The notes beneath the pieces were generated by a model. It did not search any database. It was not told the DNA's origin and saw only the letters and a list, made by a program, of their open reading frames with translations. A DNA stretch of 59,359 nt from Barnesiella intestinihominis (GTDB taxonomy: Bacteria > Bacillota > Clostridia > Oscillospirales > Ruminococcaceae): NCBI GenBank assembly GCA_963656875.1, contig CAVKKE010000001.1, positions 1-59,359 of the forward strand, read 5' to 3'. The translations under genes and the position numbers were made by a program. Numbering within the stretch: position 1 is the stretch's first letter; each line of letters opens with the position of its first letter. Below, in pieces: positions 58,106 through 59,359 of the stretch.

Positions 58106-58390
58106 TGATTGGAAATTGTCTCCGCTTCGCTCTGACAATATTAGCGGAAAACTATTTTTATATTCGCAAATTCGAAAAGCCTGCGGGCTTTTCGAATTTG
58201 CTTTTTCACGGGTGGTGCCGTAAAGATAAGCTGCATCTGCCCCAGCAGGCCATCAGGAAGCTTTCCACGCAAATGCTTCGGGCCATTCCATCGCCCGCCC
58301 TACTGCCTGCGGCAGCAGGGTCCCACCCCAGCGGATCATTTGCCTTGGAAACTTCCTGCCGTCCTGCTAGGCAAAGACTTTACTTTTCCA
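58106..58390 (+). repeat. Modular structured repeat, family B, copy 5
   Basis: Same head as copies 3 and 4; the internal module is inverted relative to copy 3. Confidence 0.8.
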
Positions 58391-58694
58391 CTTTTGTTTC
58401 GTGTCTGGTGGAAAACAGCTTTGAAGGGTAAAGCACCCGTTTCGGGTTCGTCCACTTTCCCTTTTCCGGCACAGGGTCAAAGCCCCATTTGCCCAGCGGG
58501 TTGCACCGGGCGATGCGCCAGGCCCCCAGCAGGATGCCTTTGATGCACCCATGCGTCAGGATGGCCTGCATGGTGTAGTTGCTGCAGCTGGGCGTAAAAC
58601 GGCAGCTGCGGCCGATCCAGGGGCTGAGGGTGTGCTGATACACCCGGATGGGCACGCAAAGCGCGCGCCTGCAGAGCATCTGCAGCTTTGTCAT
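58380..58694 (-). CDS. yidD: Membrane protein insertion efficiency factor YidD
   Basis: YQ..LSP, CRFTPSCSNY and RIARCNP..GFDPVP motifs. Confidence 0.95.
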   Translation of the reverse strand: MTKLQMLCRRALCVPIRVYQHTLSPWIGRSCRFTPSCSNYTMQAILTHGCIKGILLGAWRIARCNPLGKWGFDPVPEKGKWTNPKRVLYPSKLFSTRHETKVEK

Positions 58695-59098
58695 GCCCGG
58701 GGCTCCGGCTTCGCCTTGCGGGCCGGGGGCACCGTGGCGGGCGGCGGAGCGTCCGGCCGCTTTGCCTTGTCCGGCAGGCCCGCCTGGGCAAACAGCTTTG
58801 CCACGATGCTGCTCAGCTGCCAGCTTTTCAGCCGCGGGGTCATGCCCCGGGCCACGAACACCAGATCATAGCCGCCGATGTTGTAATCCAGATGCTCATC
58901 AATGGCCGCCTTCATCACGCGGCGGGCGCGGTTGCGCTGCACGGCGTGGCCGATCTTTTTGGTGGCGGTCAGGCCCACCCGGGTCTTCCTGCTCCGGGTC
59001 TTGAGCACATAGAGCACCAGGGCCTGATTGACGTAGGACTTGCCGCGGGCATACACTCTGCCAAACTCGCTGTTGCGGCGGATGGGACGATAGCGCAT
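58691..59098 (-). CDS. rnpA: Ribonuclease P protein component
   Basis: EF.RVY..G and RVGLTATKKIGHAVQRNRARR motifs; GGAGG RBS before the ATG at 59098. Confidence 0.95.
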   Translation of the reverse strand: MRYRPIRRNSEFGRVYARGKSYVNQALVLYVLKTRSRKTRVGLTATKKIGHAVQRNRARRVMKAAIDEHLDYNIGGYDLVFVARGMTPRLKSWQLSSIVAKLFAQAGLPDKAKRPDAPPPATVPPARKAKPEPRA

Positions 59099-59306
59099 GG
59101 TTCCGCGCCTCCTTTCCGTTCTGGGGAGTGCACGAAGGTGCACTCTTAGGTCAGTATATCAAAAAATTTTCGACTTTGAAAGCCCATGCGAGCATTTTTA
59201 CGAAAATTCTTTCAGTTTTCAAAAAAAATAAGACCGCCAATCCAATATCAGCGGTCTTTTGTGCGCATATTCATTTCTGCGCCGGATCTTCCCTTCAAGT
59301 GAAAGA

Positions 59307-59359
59307 TCAGACAGTCAGGCTCTTGCGGCCCTTTGCACGGCGAGCATTGATGACCTTGC
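59307..59359 (-). CDS. rpmH: 50S ribosomal protein L34 (3' end; partial)
   Basis: The minus strand reads ...KVINARRAKGRKSLTV*; upstream of rnpA. Confidence 0.92.
   Translation of the reverse strand, partial: KVINARRAKGRKSLTV

Overview
This is a chromosomal window from a high-GC Clostridia (Oscillospiraceae, Faecalibacterium-like by inference), lying next to the replication-origin gene cluster. The right end carries rpmH(partial)-rnpA-yidD-yidC-jag, an inserted 5'-nucleotidase and GGDEF gene, then mnmE-mnmG-proX-rsmG-noc-parA-parB-serS, two tRNAs, three parS sites and two Noc-binding sites. The rest is housekeeping and transport genes: cstA, panE-like, MMPL, two MATEs, a liv-type ABC transporter, ppaC, uppP, two trkA, gluQ and a decayed PTS gene. 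The notable items are: (1) a JetA-JetB-JetC (Wadjet/MksBEF-like SMC) operon with no jetD nuclease, flanked by three paralogous lipoproteins; (2) at least four families of intergenic palindromic repeats with no transposase in the window, including a near-identical 150-bp MITE-like element (4 copies) and a modular structured element (5 copies) with covarying hairpins and an internal module inverted between two copies; (3) a Noc site nested between two inverted DnaA-box matches upstream of noc; (4) two uncharacterised secreted proteins with papain-like catalytic motifs. All calls come from reading motifs by eye; no database searches were run.
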